From NCBI GenBank assembly GCA_951804945.1, contig OX638159.1, positions 45,880,001-45,944,000 of the forward strand: a DNA stretch of 64,000 bases, read 5' to 3'. Shown piece by piece: positions 11,845 to 22,294 of this stretch. Made by a program: the position numbers and the translations under genes. The notes beneath the pieces were generated by a model. That model searched no databases. It was not told the origin of the DNA and was given only the letters and a program-made list of their open reading frames with translations. The DNA comes from Podarcis cretensis. Its lineage: Eukaryota. Every line of letters begins with the position of its first letter. Position 1 is the stretch's first letter.

Positions 11845-12723
11845 TTAACGTGATTTCCTTATGTAGCCCTTGTAGGCATTAGACTTCCATCTCCTCATGT
11901 CCATTATCCTTTCGGCCGGTAAGCCCATATGAGCAGCCGTGGTAGCAGCCCCAATGCGGAACGAGTGCGCGGCATAAGCCCTCGCTGGGAGCCCGATGGC
12001 ATCGATCGCCTTGCGCATCACCCCCGTGAACTGGTGTTTTGTAAGGGGGGAGCCATCAGCGTGTATGAAGAAGGAGCCAGGCGTTTTTTGCCTTAGGTTA
12101 AGGAACTTCCTGGCGTCCTTAACAGGGCATGGACCAGCCCTACCAGTAGCCTGCAGACGGACCAAAGCGCCTCTGCCAAGTTGGTCGGTCTTTGAGCTGC
12201 GGATTTTTAGTACAACCTCAGAACTGGACAATGACACATCCTCCAAGAGGAGCCCCCTAATGACGGTAAGCAGGTGGTTGTCGCAAACCACCTCACCTAT
12301 GCGTAGTGCGCTGAAGAAAGCGAAGGAAAATGCTGAAGAGAATAACCTGGTCTCATATCTGGACCAGCAGATGACTCTGAGCTCAGAACGTAATTGCATG
12401 AGAATGTCAAAAGTTATGGGTCTTCTGCTATCTCTAATAGGGGGGTGGGATCTTCGCCACCCCTCTAGCATTTTCCGCACCATGAAGTGTGCACAGGGGT
12501 CGACTGAGAACAGGGCTTTGGAGAAGAACGATATCGCTGCCGAGTGAATGTTAAGGGTTTTGGGGTCCCCGCCTAGGTCGTGAAGACGCACCAGGTACTC
12601 GATAACCTCTGACTTTGACGGGGGCTTGCCCGGTTTAAACCAATCTTTTTTCTGTCTAAACAGAGTGAAATCTAACCACGCCTTGTTGTAGGATCTTAGT
12701 GTAGAGGGTGCAACTGATGACAA
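11845..12723 (-). CDS. Ngaro tyrosine recombinase
   Basis: Catalytic set present: FSALRIGE (R), SKTDQ (K), HSFRIGAAT (HxxR), RWKSNAYKGYIR (W, Y). No ATG at the start (TTG). In-frame TGA just upstream at 12742-12744. Confidence 0.95.
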   Translation of the reverse strand: MSSVAPSTLRSYNKAWLDFTLFRQKKDWFKPGKPPSKSEVIEYLVRLHDLGGDPKTLNIHSAAISFFSKALFSVDPCAHFMVRKMLEGWRRSHPPIRDSRRPITFDILMQLRSELRVICWSRYETRLFSSAFSFAFFSALRIGEVVCDNHLLTVIRGLLLEDVSLSSSEVVLKIRSSKTDQLGRGALVRLQATGRAGPCPVKDARKFLNLRQKTPGSFFIHADGSPLTKHQFTGVMRKAIDAIGLPARAYAAHSFRIGAATTAAHMGLPAERIMDMRRWKSNAYKGYIRKSR

Positions 12724-12731
12724 TACTCCCT

Positions 12732-14314
12732 TTATTGCTTCTCATTGCCAATACTCCAGAGGTGTTCCGGAAACGGCTGCGGCAGCTGCTGCGCATCCGG
12801 CACCAATGAGCGAAACCGTTCCATCTGGAAACGAGACAGCGCATCCGCAATGTTGTTATCAATACCCGGTACAAATTTAGCAGAAGCATGTAAGTTAAGG
12901 CGAAGACAGGAGAGGACAAAGTATCGCAAGAGTGACGCCACTCTAGGGGAGCGAGCGGATTGCTTATTTAATACTGACACCACGGCCTGGTTGTCTGTCC
13001 AAAAGCAGATCCTCCGATCCTTAAACTGCTCTGCCCAGAGATGGATTGCGACCACGATAGGGAAGAATTCTAAGAATGTCAGGTCGCGAAGAATGGGCTT
13101 TCCCTGCCATGAAGAAGGCCAGCGCTGTGCGCACCATTGACCCCTGAAGTAGACGCCGAAGCCCAAAGACCCAGCTGCATCCGAATGTACCTGGAAGTCT
13201 GCACGCAGGGCCAAACTGTCTTGCCATAGTGAAATCCCATTGTAACCGTTTAAAAATTGGAGCCAAACTTGGAGATCGGATTTAACTGCTCTTGAAAGGC
13301 ACACCCTATGATGTGGCGACCTTAGACCTGCGGAGAGTTTAGCCAAACGACCACAAAAAGGCCTGCCAGGGGAAACTACCCGACAGGCGAAGTTGAGGTG
13401 ACCCAGGAGCGATTGGATTTGCCTTAGGGTCACCTTCTTTAGGGGCAGAAGCTGAGAGATGAGCTCTCTTAGGGCAATCAGCTTTTCGGCAGGTAAGCGG
13501 GAAGTTTGAGCGATAGTGTCAAGTTCAATGCCCAGGTAAGTCATCGTGGTAACCGGGCCCTCCGTCTTCTCCTCAGCTAACGGGACACCCAGTTCGTCGG
13601 CCAAGGACTTAAAGGCCTGCAGCAAGGCGTCACAATCATGTGCATTATTTGCTACCAAAATAAAGTCGTCCAAATAATTCCCCACCCCTTCGGAACCAGT
13701 TTTAAATTTTAGAGCCCATTCAAGGAAGGTGCTGAAGGTCTCAAAGGCAGCACAAGCGATCGAGCACCCCATGGGCATTGCTTTATCAATAAAATAGGAC
13801 CCCTGGAATTTAAACCCCAGCCAGCGATAATCCTCCGGGTGAACTGGAAGGAGGCGAAAGGCAGATTCAATGTCGCATTTCGCCATGAAGGCGCCCCTGC
13901 CAAAACCCCTGACCAACTTCACGGCTTGATCAAAAGAAGCGTACTTCACCATGCAGAGCTCCTGAGGGATAGCATCATTAACCGAGGTGCCCTTGGGGAA
14001 GGACAGGTTGTGTATTAGCCGGAATTCGCCAGGAGCCTTTTTTGGAACAATGCCCAGCGGTGAAATATGGAGCTGATCTATGGGAGGGGTTGTGAATGGG
14101 CCAGCAACCCTACCCGCCAAGATTTCCTTCTGGATCTTTTTTAAAGCAATGCCTGGTCTCTCTAAGACTGATTTTTGGTTAGGGGGGCAGCTAGAGTTGG
14201 GAGTGAATGCAACCGGAATTCTGAACCCTGAAGAAAACCCTTCCCCTAGAAGAAGGGCGGCCTGCTTATTGGGATATAATTGCAAAAGGGATCTCAAGGG
14301 TGGGAGTTTAATTG
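12732..14314 (-). CDS. Ngaro reverse transcriptase / RNase H (N-terminally truncated, frame open)
   Basis: Motifs ISPLGIVPKK, FRLIHNLS, KCDIESAFR, MPMGC, YLDDF; RNase H SDAAGSLGFG, LEFFPI, WTDN, NNIADALSR. Residues upstream of 14314 in the ORF track come from SINE/LTR sequence. Confidence 0.95.
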
Positions 14315-14360
14315 GTTGCTCGGTCCCTGCTCCTGCCAACCTAGCAGTTCGAAAACACGT

Positions 14361-15185
14361 TGTCAGAGCTGCCCGAGGTCCCAGCTCACAAAGGACCAAC
14401 GCCAGTTCGTTGTTATATACAAAAGTCTTTATTTAAGTTCAGTTTCGATTTCAAAAGCCGCGGCGCGCAGCTCTACATCTCAAACTCTAGACCGCTGAAG
14501 CTCCATCTGAATCTCCTCCCCCCAGACACCAGTTTAAGACTCTAGCCTTGCTCCACCTCTTCCTTTGCTCTTTCCTCCTCTGGGTCCGCCTGTCCGCTGG
14601 GGTCTTGCCCTTTCTAGACTCTTCTGACGCTGAGTCCCCTGAGTCTTCCCCCTCCCTCCGGCGGGCTTTAGGACCTGGTTCCCAATCCGGGTTTTCTGCC
14701 GTCCCGCGCGCCTGTACATTCAAACTTGGCGCGCGCGCCCAGCCGGCAACCTTTCTCCTGACCGTTACACTGCTCCTGTCACTGCTTCCCCCTTCGGGGA
14801 GGCTAGCTGGACCTGACTTCCCCTCCGTTCCCTCACTCTCCGATAGAGGCGTGGTCAGTCCTGACTCATCTTCTCTCCCTGCTGGAGGAGACGCTGGCCC
14901 TGATACATGGGACTCTTCCCCCCACTACGCTCTGGTGGGGGAGCTGGTCCTGATCTCCCGCTGCTGCTTTGGGAGTCCCCGCTGGCCCCTTGCTTCTGGT
15001 GCATCTCCCCTGGGACCCCCCTTGCCCTGGCCCTCGGCGCCCCCCTCTGGGAATCTTCTGATTCGCTGGAGAAGCTCATGGAATCTCTCGTGCCACTGTC
15101 ATACTCCCCTACGCTGCCCTCAGATTCTTCCCCTTCGCTCTCCATTTCCTCTCTCCCCTGTGCCTCTGCTCCTGAGCCCCTGACA
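14361..15185 (-). mobile_element. Solo LTR (825 bp), family undetermined
   Basis: Termini TGTCAG...CTGACA, perfect 5-bp TSD CACGT (14356-14360, 15186-15190), AATAAA on the minus strand near 14428-14433. Cleanly interrupts a Sauria SINE. Confidence 0.9.
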
Positions 15186-17971
15186 CACGTCAAAGTGCAA
15201 GTAGATAAATAGGTACCGCTCTGGCGGGAAGGTAAACGGCATTTCCGTGTGCTGCTCTGGTTCATCAGAAGCGGCTTAGTCATGCTGGCCACATGACCCG
15301 GAAGCTGTATGCCGGCTCCCTCGGCCAATAAAGCGAGATGAGCGCCGCAACCTCAGGGGTCCCTTTACCTTTACCTTTATGACTGTTTAAAGTGCCATTG
15401 TGGTGTTTTAAACGTGTGGAGTGAATGTAGCCTGATTCACTTCATATCGTGATTTAGCATGGTAACTCAATAGGACAGAGTCTCCACCTGTTGACATGTC
15501 CTAACATCTTGACCCTCCTTCCCTTCCCACTTCAGACAATATGGCCGAACTCTTGGCTCATATTTTTTGGATGAAATTGTTTGAAACACTTCCATAATTA
15601 GCTAGAGCTCTGCCTTGGAGAAAGCTGAGAGTAGGAATGAGTGTGTGTGGGAGAAGGGGAGCCTGCCATGTTCAAGACTGTAAAACTTCTGCAGTTTTAT
15701 AAGTAACACCAGAAAGCGCGAACTCCTGCATGCGGCCGTTCTCATGGCTTTCATTAGCGCAGGGAGTTAATCAAAAACACTTCGACCTCAGGCAAGTACC
15801 ACTCTGCAACGAGAATATTAAAAGGGGTATAAAAACATCATGCTCACTCTTGCATTAATTTGCTTAGTCCTTTTAAAAATAAAAATAATGAAGGAGTTTT
15901 GCCTTTAAGAGAGAGCACTGTAGGTGTCAGCTAACACCTGGCATGTCTTTGAATTTACTATGTTTGTGCAAACAAATGAAATCTGATCAGTCGCTCTAGA
16001 AGGAAGTTACAGAATATCCTCCGGATGGCTCATCCATTGGACAGAGAGATGGGGATGGTTGAAAAATATAGTAAATGGGAGTGGTGAGATGGTGGGAGCA
16101 GAGTGCATATATTCAGAGCTATTTTTCTAGAAAAAAAGAGAAGCCAGAACTCACCACAAACACCTCCCTTGTTCTCTTATAAGGGCAATGGTGCCTACCT
16201 GAGAGGTGCCAGAACTGAGCTCCAATGCATTGCAGCTGAACAAAGCCCTAGCATATATTGGTGCTGAATAGAGGGGAAGGGGATTCCAGAGGGAAAGGGA
16301 AACAAGACATTCCAATGAAAATAAAGGTGAAAAGTGGGGCTTGAAAGGATCTGGAATAGGTTCTTGCAGGGTATGCATAAAGGAGCAGAACTTTAAAAAT
16401 GGTCCCAGCCACCTGTGGGTTCTGGAACTTAAGTGGTGAGAAAGGGGGGCTTTAGTACTAGTCTGAGCATTTGAAAGACTAAAAGTCTGAGCAGAAGGAT
16501 GATAACAGAGGGTTGGAACTTCATCCCTGCTTTCACCTGCTGTTGCATGCTGGGAAGACTGGCTACTAAATGCCCAAGAGTGGTGATTCACTGGTTTGGT
16601 TTGTTTGTGTGGTTTTTTGGTTTGTTTGTTTGTTTTAAACTAAATGAAAGAACAAAAAATATTACCTTAAAAACAACAACACTTTATGCGTTGATTTCTT
16701 TAAAAGCAAAATAAAAAAAAAACCATTCACTTCAGAAAAAGAAAAGAAAAGTATCATGTGCTTAGGAGGCAGCTTCCCTACCACCTCACACTTAGAATAA
16801 AGCCAAGCCAAAGATATCACAAGGTTTTCAGGAAATGGGAGCACTCAGGAAGATGGCAGAATACAGACCACTGGAGAGATAACTTGGAGAATGGAAGAAA
16901 AGACTCTAACAAAATCTCTCCCCACTTGATAATTCTCAAATGCAATTACTTTTCTCTTTAATTGACGGTGGGGAAAACTGTGAAAGAACTTTTCATTGCA
17001 TTATTAATTGTACCTTCATAGCGGATTGTCTTCTGTTAGGGAAATCCCATTATCAACGTTAGGAGAGTTTAAATATTAGATTCATTTGTCCCAGATCTAA
17101 AGCTTTTGGAACTTTATGATGATGTGTGTCCATTATAAGTTATTCTGTTGCACTAATTAATAATAGAGCGGATGCTTTTGAGTATTTCTGTTTACTCAGC
17201 TTGCTCTTCTATGAAACTAATCCACACCTACATTATTTATGATTAATGAGCACCTCTCCAGTTTACAGCAAATAAATTATGCAGAATTAAAGGACAACAG
17301 ACAAATGAATTAGTGGAGCCACACCGATTCAGTCTGAGATTATTACATTTGTTTGCTCATGATTATCCACAAAATATACTGATTACAGCCAAACTGATAT
17401 AACTTCATGGATTTAAAAGAACAGACATTAGTTGAGTTAATGTCTGATGCGCATGAAAGATGGCTTTGGAAGGACAGCTGAGCACATCCTTATGATTTCA
17501 AATAATAATGATTTGCAGTAGTGAGCATGCAAATTTGCTCCCAGATTGCCTTAAATTAACTGCAAATCAGTGACAATGTTGAGTGATCATGTCCTGAAAC
17601 AAAAGGCATCTATTGCGTTTAGAATAAGCCCAGGCCTTCAAAATAAAGGTCCACAAAACACCAATATACAAATATAATTTCTGGAAAGCTGTGCTTATTT
17701 GTTCATTGGCTAAAGATAAATAACCTCTGAACAGGAAATCAGTATTCAGCATCAAATTCACTACAATACATCATTTATTCAACACCAGCAAAATGACAAT
17801 CACAGCTATCAAATCACAGTTCAAAGGGGCAGCGCTTGACAGTTCCCATAGTAGTGAAGAGCATTAATTTGTGTAGAATCAAATTAAAACACACACACAT
17901 GAAAAGAATGTGCTTGGTGATATTATTGTGCCAAGAGCTAATCCTCTACCCCTTACCTGTGTTGCCATGTA

Positions 17972-18338
17972 CCGCGTTTTTCGCTCTATAAGACGCACCA
18001 GACCATAAGACGCACCTAGTTTTTGGAGGAGGAAAACAAGAAATAATAATATTCTGCATCTCAGAAGCCAGAACGTGGTGCAGAAGGAATTGCCGTATTT
18101 TTCGCTCTATAAGATGCACCAGACCATACAACGCACCTAGTTTTTGGAGGAGGAAAACAAGAAAAAATAATATTCTGAATCTCAGAAGCCAGAACAGCAA
18201 GAGGGATCACTGTGCAGTGATCCCTCTTGCTGTTCTGGCTTCTGGGATAGCTGTGCAGCCTGTATTCGCTCCATAAGACGCACACACATTTCCCCTTACT
18301 TTTTGGAAGGGAAGAGTCTTATAGAGCAAAAAATACGG
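17972..18338. mobile_element. Tc1/mariner-superfamily MITE family D with tandemly duplicated left end
   Basis: TIR CCGTATTTTTCGCTCTATAAGAC, TA TSD. ~100-bp left end repeated at ~18093. Confidence 0.85.
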
Positions 18339-19753
18339 TAAGTTATCCTATTGCCTGCAACTGAAATACTTCCCACCCCCACAAAAAGAATAGACCCCTA
18401 GTTTTGGGAACCCGAATTTGCCCCTGAACATTGTGGGAAATTATTATTTTTTCAATTTTCAATTTTGGTTTTCAATTTAGTCATATGGGTTGTAGCCAAA
18501 TAAATTCTACTCAGAGTAGACCTTTTGATATTAATGAATCCAAGTTAGTCATGCCTGTTAACATAAATGGGTCTACTCTAAGTAGGACTAGCATTGGCTG
18601 CATCCCAATATTTATAAAATAGGTATCGGAGTCACAGCCACTACAATGCTACACCAAGTGAGAGAGACCAGGACCAGGTTATGCTGCTAAAGGGATAGAA
18701 TCAATAAGGACAAATTCTGCTTAGCACTGATAGTCCTGGATTCCAAATTTGCTAATGCCATAGCGGAAACATTTCCACAAGTGCATTGTAGCACTAGCTG
18801 TCAGGCTGAAATAATGCCTTACATGCCCTTTTGTAGCTTGCAGAATTAGCTTTATGAAATCCAGCTGTTTCATAGAAATCCCTGACTAGCAGTGCCATCT
18901 AGCATTTTACAAAATGCTGCAGTGTTCAGAATGGGTGGGTTAGCATTTATGAAACCGGCCATTTGGTGTAATGGATGCATTTATGGAGTTATTTGCCATC
19001 CTTGAATACATAATAGGATTTGCTTTCACAATCGGTGAATTACCCAGTGAAAAATCTGTACACACAAACCATACCGGCAATTAATGTGTCAGAAAGCTTG
19101 GAGTCTGATGTATCCTTTAAGAGAGCAGAGAAATAGGAAAGAAGAAAAGGATTGCATTCAATAGCTTCAGGTTGTATTGCAATGTAGCAAAAATGCTGTA
19201 AAGACAGAAATAAGGGATGGCAGGTCTTTAGGGTGTCCCACCCCCACCCCCACCCCCAGCTTTGTTTTAAAGAGCCCATACCAATGTGAAATGAACACAG
19301 GGGAGTGCAGCACAAAAAAATATGCCAATATATTAATGATCAACATCTGCCTCCCATGGCTGCGCAATTTAACTTCTCATAATTTACTGTCATTATAAAA
19401 TAAAAATGCTCTGTGTACATCTTAGGCACTTTTTAATGTGGTAGACCAGGTCCTGAACTTAGGTCCACTTTGGAGGGAAGTGACTGCAAATTTATAAGCA
19501 GTGGAGCCCAGAGTAGAGTTTTACCCCAATTCATCAGCAACCAAGCACTTTCTCTTACAACATGAAGACTCAAACAGTCCCCTGTTTTCAACCTTAAGTG
19601 GCACAGCCCAACAGGTGCCTGAGTGGGAGGAGTCCGTTCAGGACCTGAAAATGCTTCACTGTGAAGCTGCTACCTACAGTTGAAAGGCTCAGTAAATGAG
19701 GTAAACGACAAACAGATCTAGCTGTTCTTGACATTGAGGCAGGTCTCACAGGA

Positions 19754-19920
19754 AAGGGCCGTAGCTCAGTGTTAGAGCAGAAGGTCTCAGGTTCAACCAC
19801 TAGCATCTCCTGGCAGGGTTGGGATAGACCCCTGCCTGAAGTCATGGCGAACCGCTGCCAGCCAATGCAGACGGATGGACCTAATGGTCTGACTCAGTAG
19901 ACTGCAGCTTCCTAAGTTCC
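19754..19920 (+). mobile_element. Older tRNA-derived SINE family C
   Basis: GGGCCGTAGCTCAGTG...GGTTCAA...CCCTGCCTGAA...GCAGCTTCCTAAGTTCC. Confidence 0.7.
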
Positions 19921-19925
19921 TTTAT

Positions 19926-20223
19926 CAGGGATGTCCAACAGGTCGATCGTGATCTACTGGTAGGTCCCCAGGAAGGTTTTGGTAGATCGCAGTCGATCGC
20001 TGGGTCCCTTTTCTTAGCGTTGGCAAAACAGAATCCAGACCTGTTTGTTTCCCCTGTGATCTGTTGGTGAGTGGCTGTTCCCGTTTCACCCTATGAATGG
20101 CCAACAGCTTAGCCTAAAAAGCTCAACAACTTTGATCTGAACCCCCCAAAAAACAGGGGTAGATCAATGCCAGCTTTTAATTCTGTGAGTAGATCGCCAT
20201 CTCTTGGGAGTTGGCCACCCCTG
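19926..20223. mobile_element. hAT-type non-autonomous element
   Basis: TIRs CAGGGATGTCCAAC / GTTGGCCACCCCTG, degenerate 8-bp TSD, GATC-rich subterminal motifs. Confidence 0.75.
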
Positions 20224-22027
20224 CCCTATATGGCACAGGGTTAGAAGCACCAATGTTGCCCCTGCTGCCAGTCATGCCCACCACCCCACTTATCACCAGT
20301 GGTGGTTCTTTGGGCAATACTGGAGGACAAAGGGCCCCTCATTCAGAAGGATGCTTTTGCTTGGACCACAGCAGTCAGATCTGTGTTGGGAAAGCATCCA
20401 GCCAACGCCCCCATCTCTCCAAAAGAAACCCAAAGCATAGATGTCCCGAGGGAAGTTTATCAGCCTTCACCGTATCAGAGGAACAGATCAGCAAGCACAC
20501 ACGTTGGACACAGTGTACAGCATGATAGGAAGGTGCATTTGCCAAAAGCCATTTAACTGTGTGTGTCTCTATGTGTTTTTATAAACAGTGGAAAGCAAAC
20601 CTTAAAAAAAAAATTAAAACATACAACCCTGGAGGGAAGAGGGGCACCGCCACGCTACAAATTCTCTCTTATGAAGCTGATTAGATGCCAGAAGCCCTGA
20701 AAACACAATTACCATGAGCAAAGCCTGAAAACTGTGGACTTCTGTGACTGTCTGGCCCGATCCAACACTTCAAAGCACTGTGCCACAGTACAAAATACAT
20801 CTACAGCACAACTCACCCAAGTTCCACTATTAGAAGTCAGCTTGCCAGTTCTAAGTTTTAAAAGATACTGGACCTCTAGGTGGAGCTAGGAGGCAGAGAG
20901 AGGGGGGAACTTGGTGGATTATGGGCAAAGCATGGAAGAACGTGGTAGGGCATGGAAGAATATGGTGCCCTACAACCTGGTAAAACCTGGATTGTGTGAG
21001 TTTTCACTCCTGAATACTAGCAAACCAGCACAATGCAGGTTTACTGCTCAAACCAGTAAAATTCCAGCTGGTTAGTGTTTCAAAGTCCTGGGCTTTTTGC
21101 ACTTGGTTCTGTCTGTTTTGCCTAACAGGCCATGAGCACTTAAGACATGTTTTTGGCCTTGCTTTTTTGTGTGTTCTTTGTGGGAGAAAATTACATCTTC
21201 CAAAAGTAATATGTTATATTAAGCTTTTAGGCTTTGGACTCCAAAACATACAATGCGTTGAGACATCTCTTCTTTCTTTTTATAATTAAAATCAACTGTC
21301 GGAAACCCAATCCCTTCAGAAAGAACGTGGCACCACAATACCGCTTTTACTCTAAAGTTTCTTATTTTTTTTCCTCCCAGTTCAAGGAAGCAAAAATATG
21401 TGCTGACTAACTGAATGCCTGTTACAGGGAAATTTCACTCTTCGTCCGGGCAACCTCTGACATTTTTTTGCAACTCTAATAACCCAAAATGTAGTTTATG
21501 AAGCAATCAGTATTTCCACTGGAGCTGTAAAGGAAGAAGTCTTTCACGTGCCACAGAATAAACAAAAGGTGTTTCCTTCTTTTCTTAGCTGGAAGCTATG
21601 TTACTATAAGGCCGATGGAGCAGGAAGACTGAGCTAATAACTTTGCCATTTGTGGATGCATCAATTTGCTGTCACTGCCAGTGAAACTGATGAAAAGTGT
21701 TTTCCTATTGCAGGAAAAGTAGCAAAATTACAGAGGCTGCAATCCTACCACCTATTACTCATAAGGAAAATACTGCTCTGCCATCTAGTCAAGAACTTTT
21801 TCCTCAATGATCAGAGTAGACGTCACATTAAGCAACCTGAGGCAACCTATGACATTTTTCTCAGGTGGTGGACTGGGTGGGGTGGCAGAGTGGCGCCCCC
21901 ATGGCCTACACCCATGGCTCATCTCCACTTCCTGCCACCCCAATGCCTTAATTTTAGGAGGGGTGGTTTTTAGATTGAGGTATTGTGGGGCAAGATGGAC
22001 CCAGGGAGCTCCCATACTGCTCACACT

Positions 22028-22294
22028 GAGAGCCAGTGTGGTATAGTGGTTAAGAGCAGCAGACTCGTAATCTGGTGAACTGGGTTCGCTTCCCCGCTCC
22101 TCCACATGCAGCTGCTGGGTGACCTTGGGCTAGTCACACTTCTCTGAGGTCTCTCAGCCCCACTCACCTCACAGAGTGTTTGTTGTGGGGGAGGAAGGGA
22201 AAGGAGAATGTTAGCCGCTTTGAGACTCCTTAGGGTAGTGATAAAGCGGGATATCAAATCCAAACTCCTCCTCCTCCTCCTCTTCTTCTTTTTT
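22028..22294 (+). mobile_element. tRNA-derived SINE family B
   Basis: Near-identical to 5296-5548, short TSD ACACTG. Confidence 0.88.

Larger units (their letters stand above)
10085..14314 (-). mobile_element. Ngaro-type (DIRS order) tyrosine-recombinase retrotransposon, 5'-truncated and 3'-rearranged
   Basis: RT/RNase H, YR and SGNH hydrolase ORFs followed by split direct repeats (11056-11173 = 10301-10419). Poly(A) signal on the minus strand near 10873. No gag or A1 at the 5' end. Flanked by duplicated GTTGCTCGGTCCCTGCTCCTGCCAA (10060-10084, 14315-14339). Confidence 0.93.
9966..15378 (+). mobile_element. Sauria SINE split into three pieces (9966-10084, 14315-14360, 15186-15378)
   Basis: Head GGGACACAGGTGGCGCTGTGGGTTAAACC, B box GGTTCGAATCC, (ACCTTT)n tail. 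TSD ATGA(T/C)TGTTTA at 9954-9964 and 15379-15389. Confidence 0.93.
9610..15432. mobile_element. Old MITE hosting the SINE/Ngaro/LTR nest and an L2-like 3' fragment (~9700-9815)
   Basis: Imperfect TIRs GGCCACATTCACTCCA (9610) and TGGAGTGAATGTAGCC (ends 15432). Internal halves are complementary. Confidence 0.6.

Noticed and set aside
14315-14399. N-terminal 28 aa of the 555-aa RT ORF
   Set aside because: Derived from antisense SINE and LTR sequence with a TTG start. Not part of the native protein.
14548-15328. 157-211 aa ORFs over the solo LTR
   Set aside because: Low-complexity, GC-rich LTR/SINE sequence with no domain motifs.
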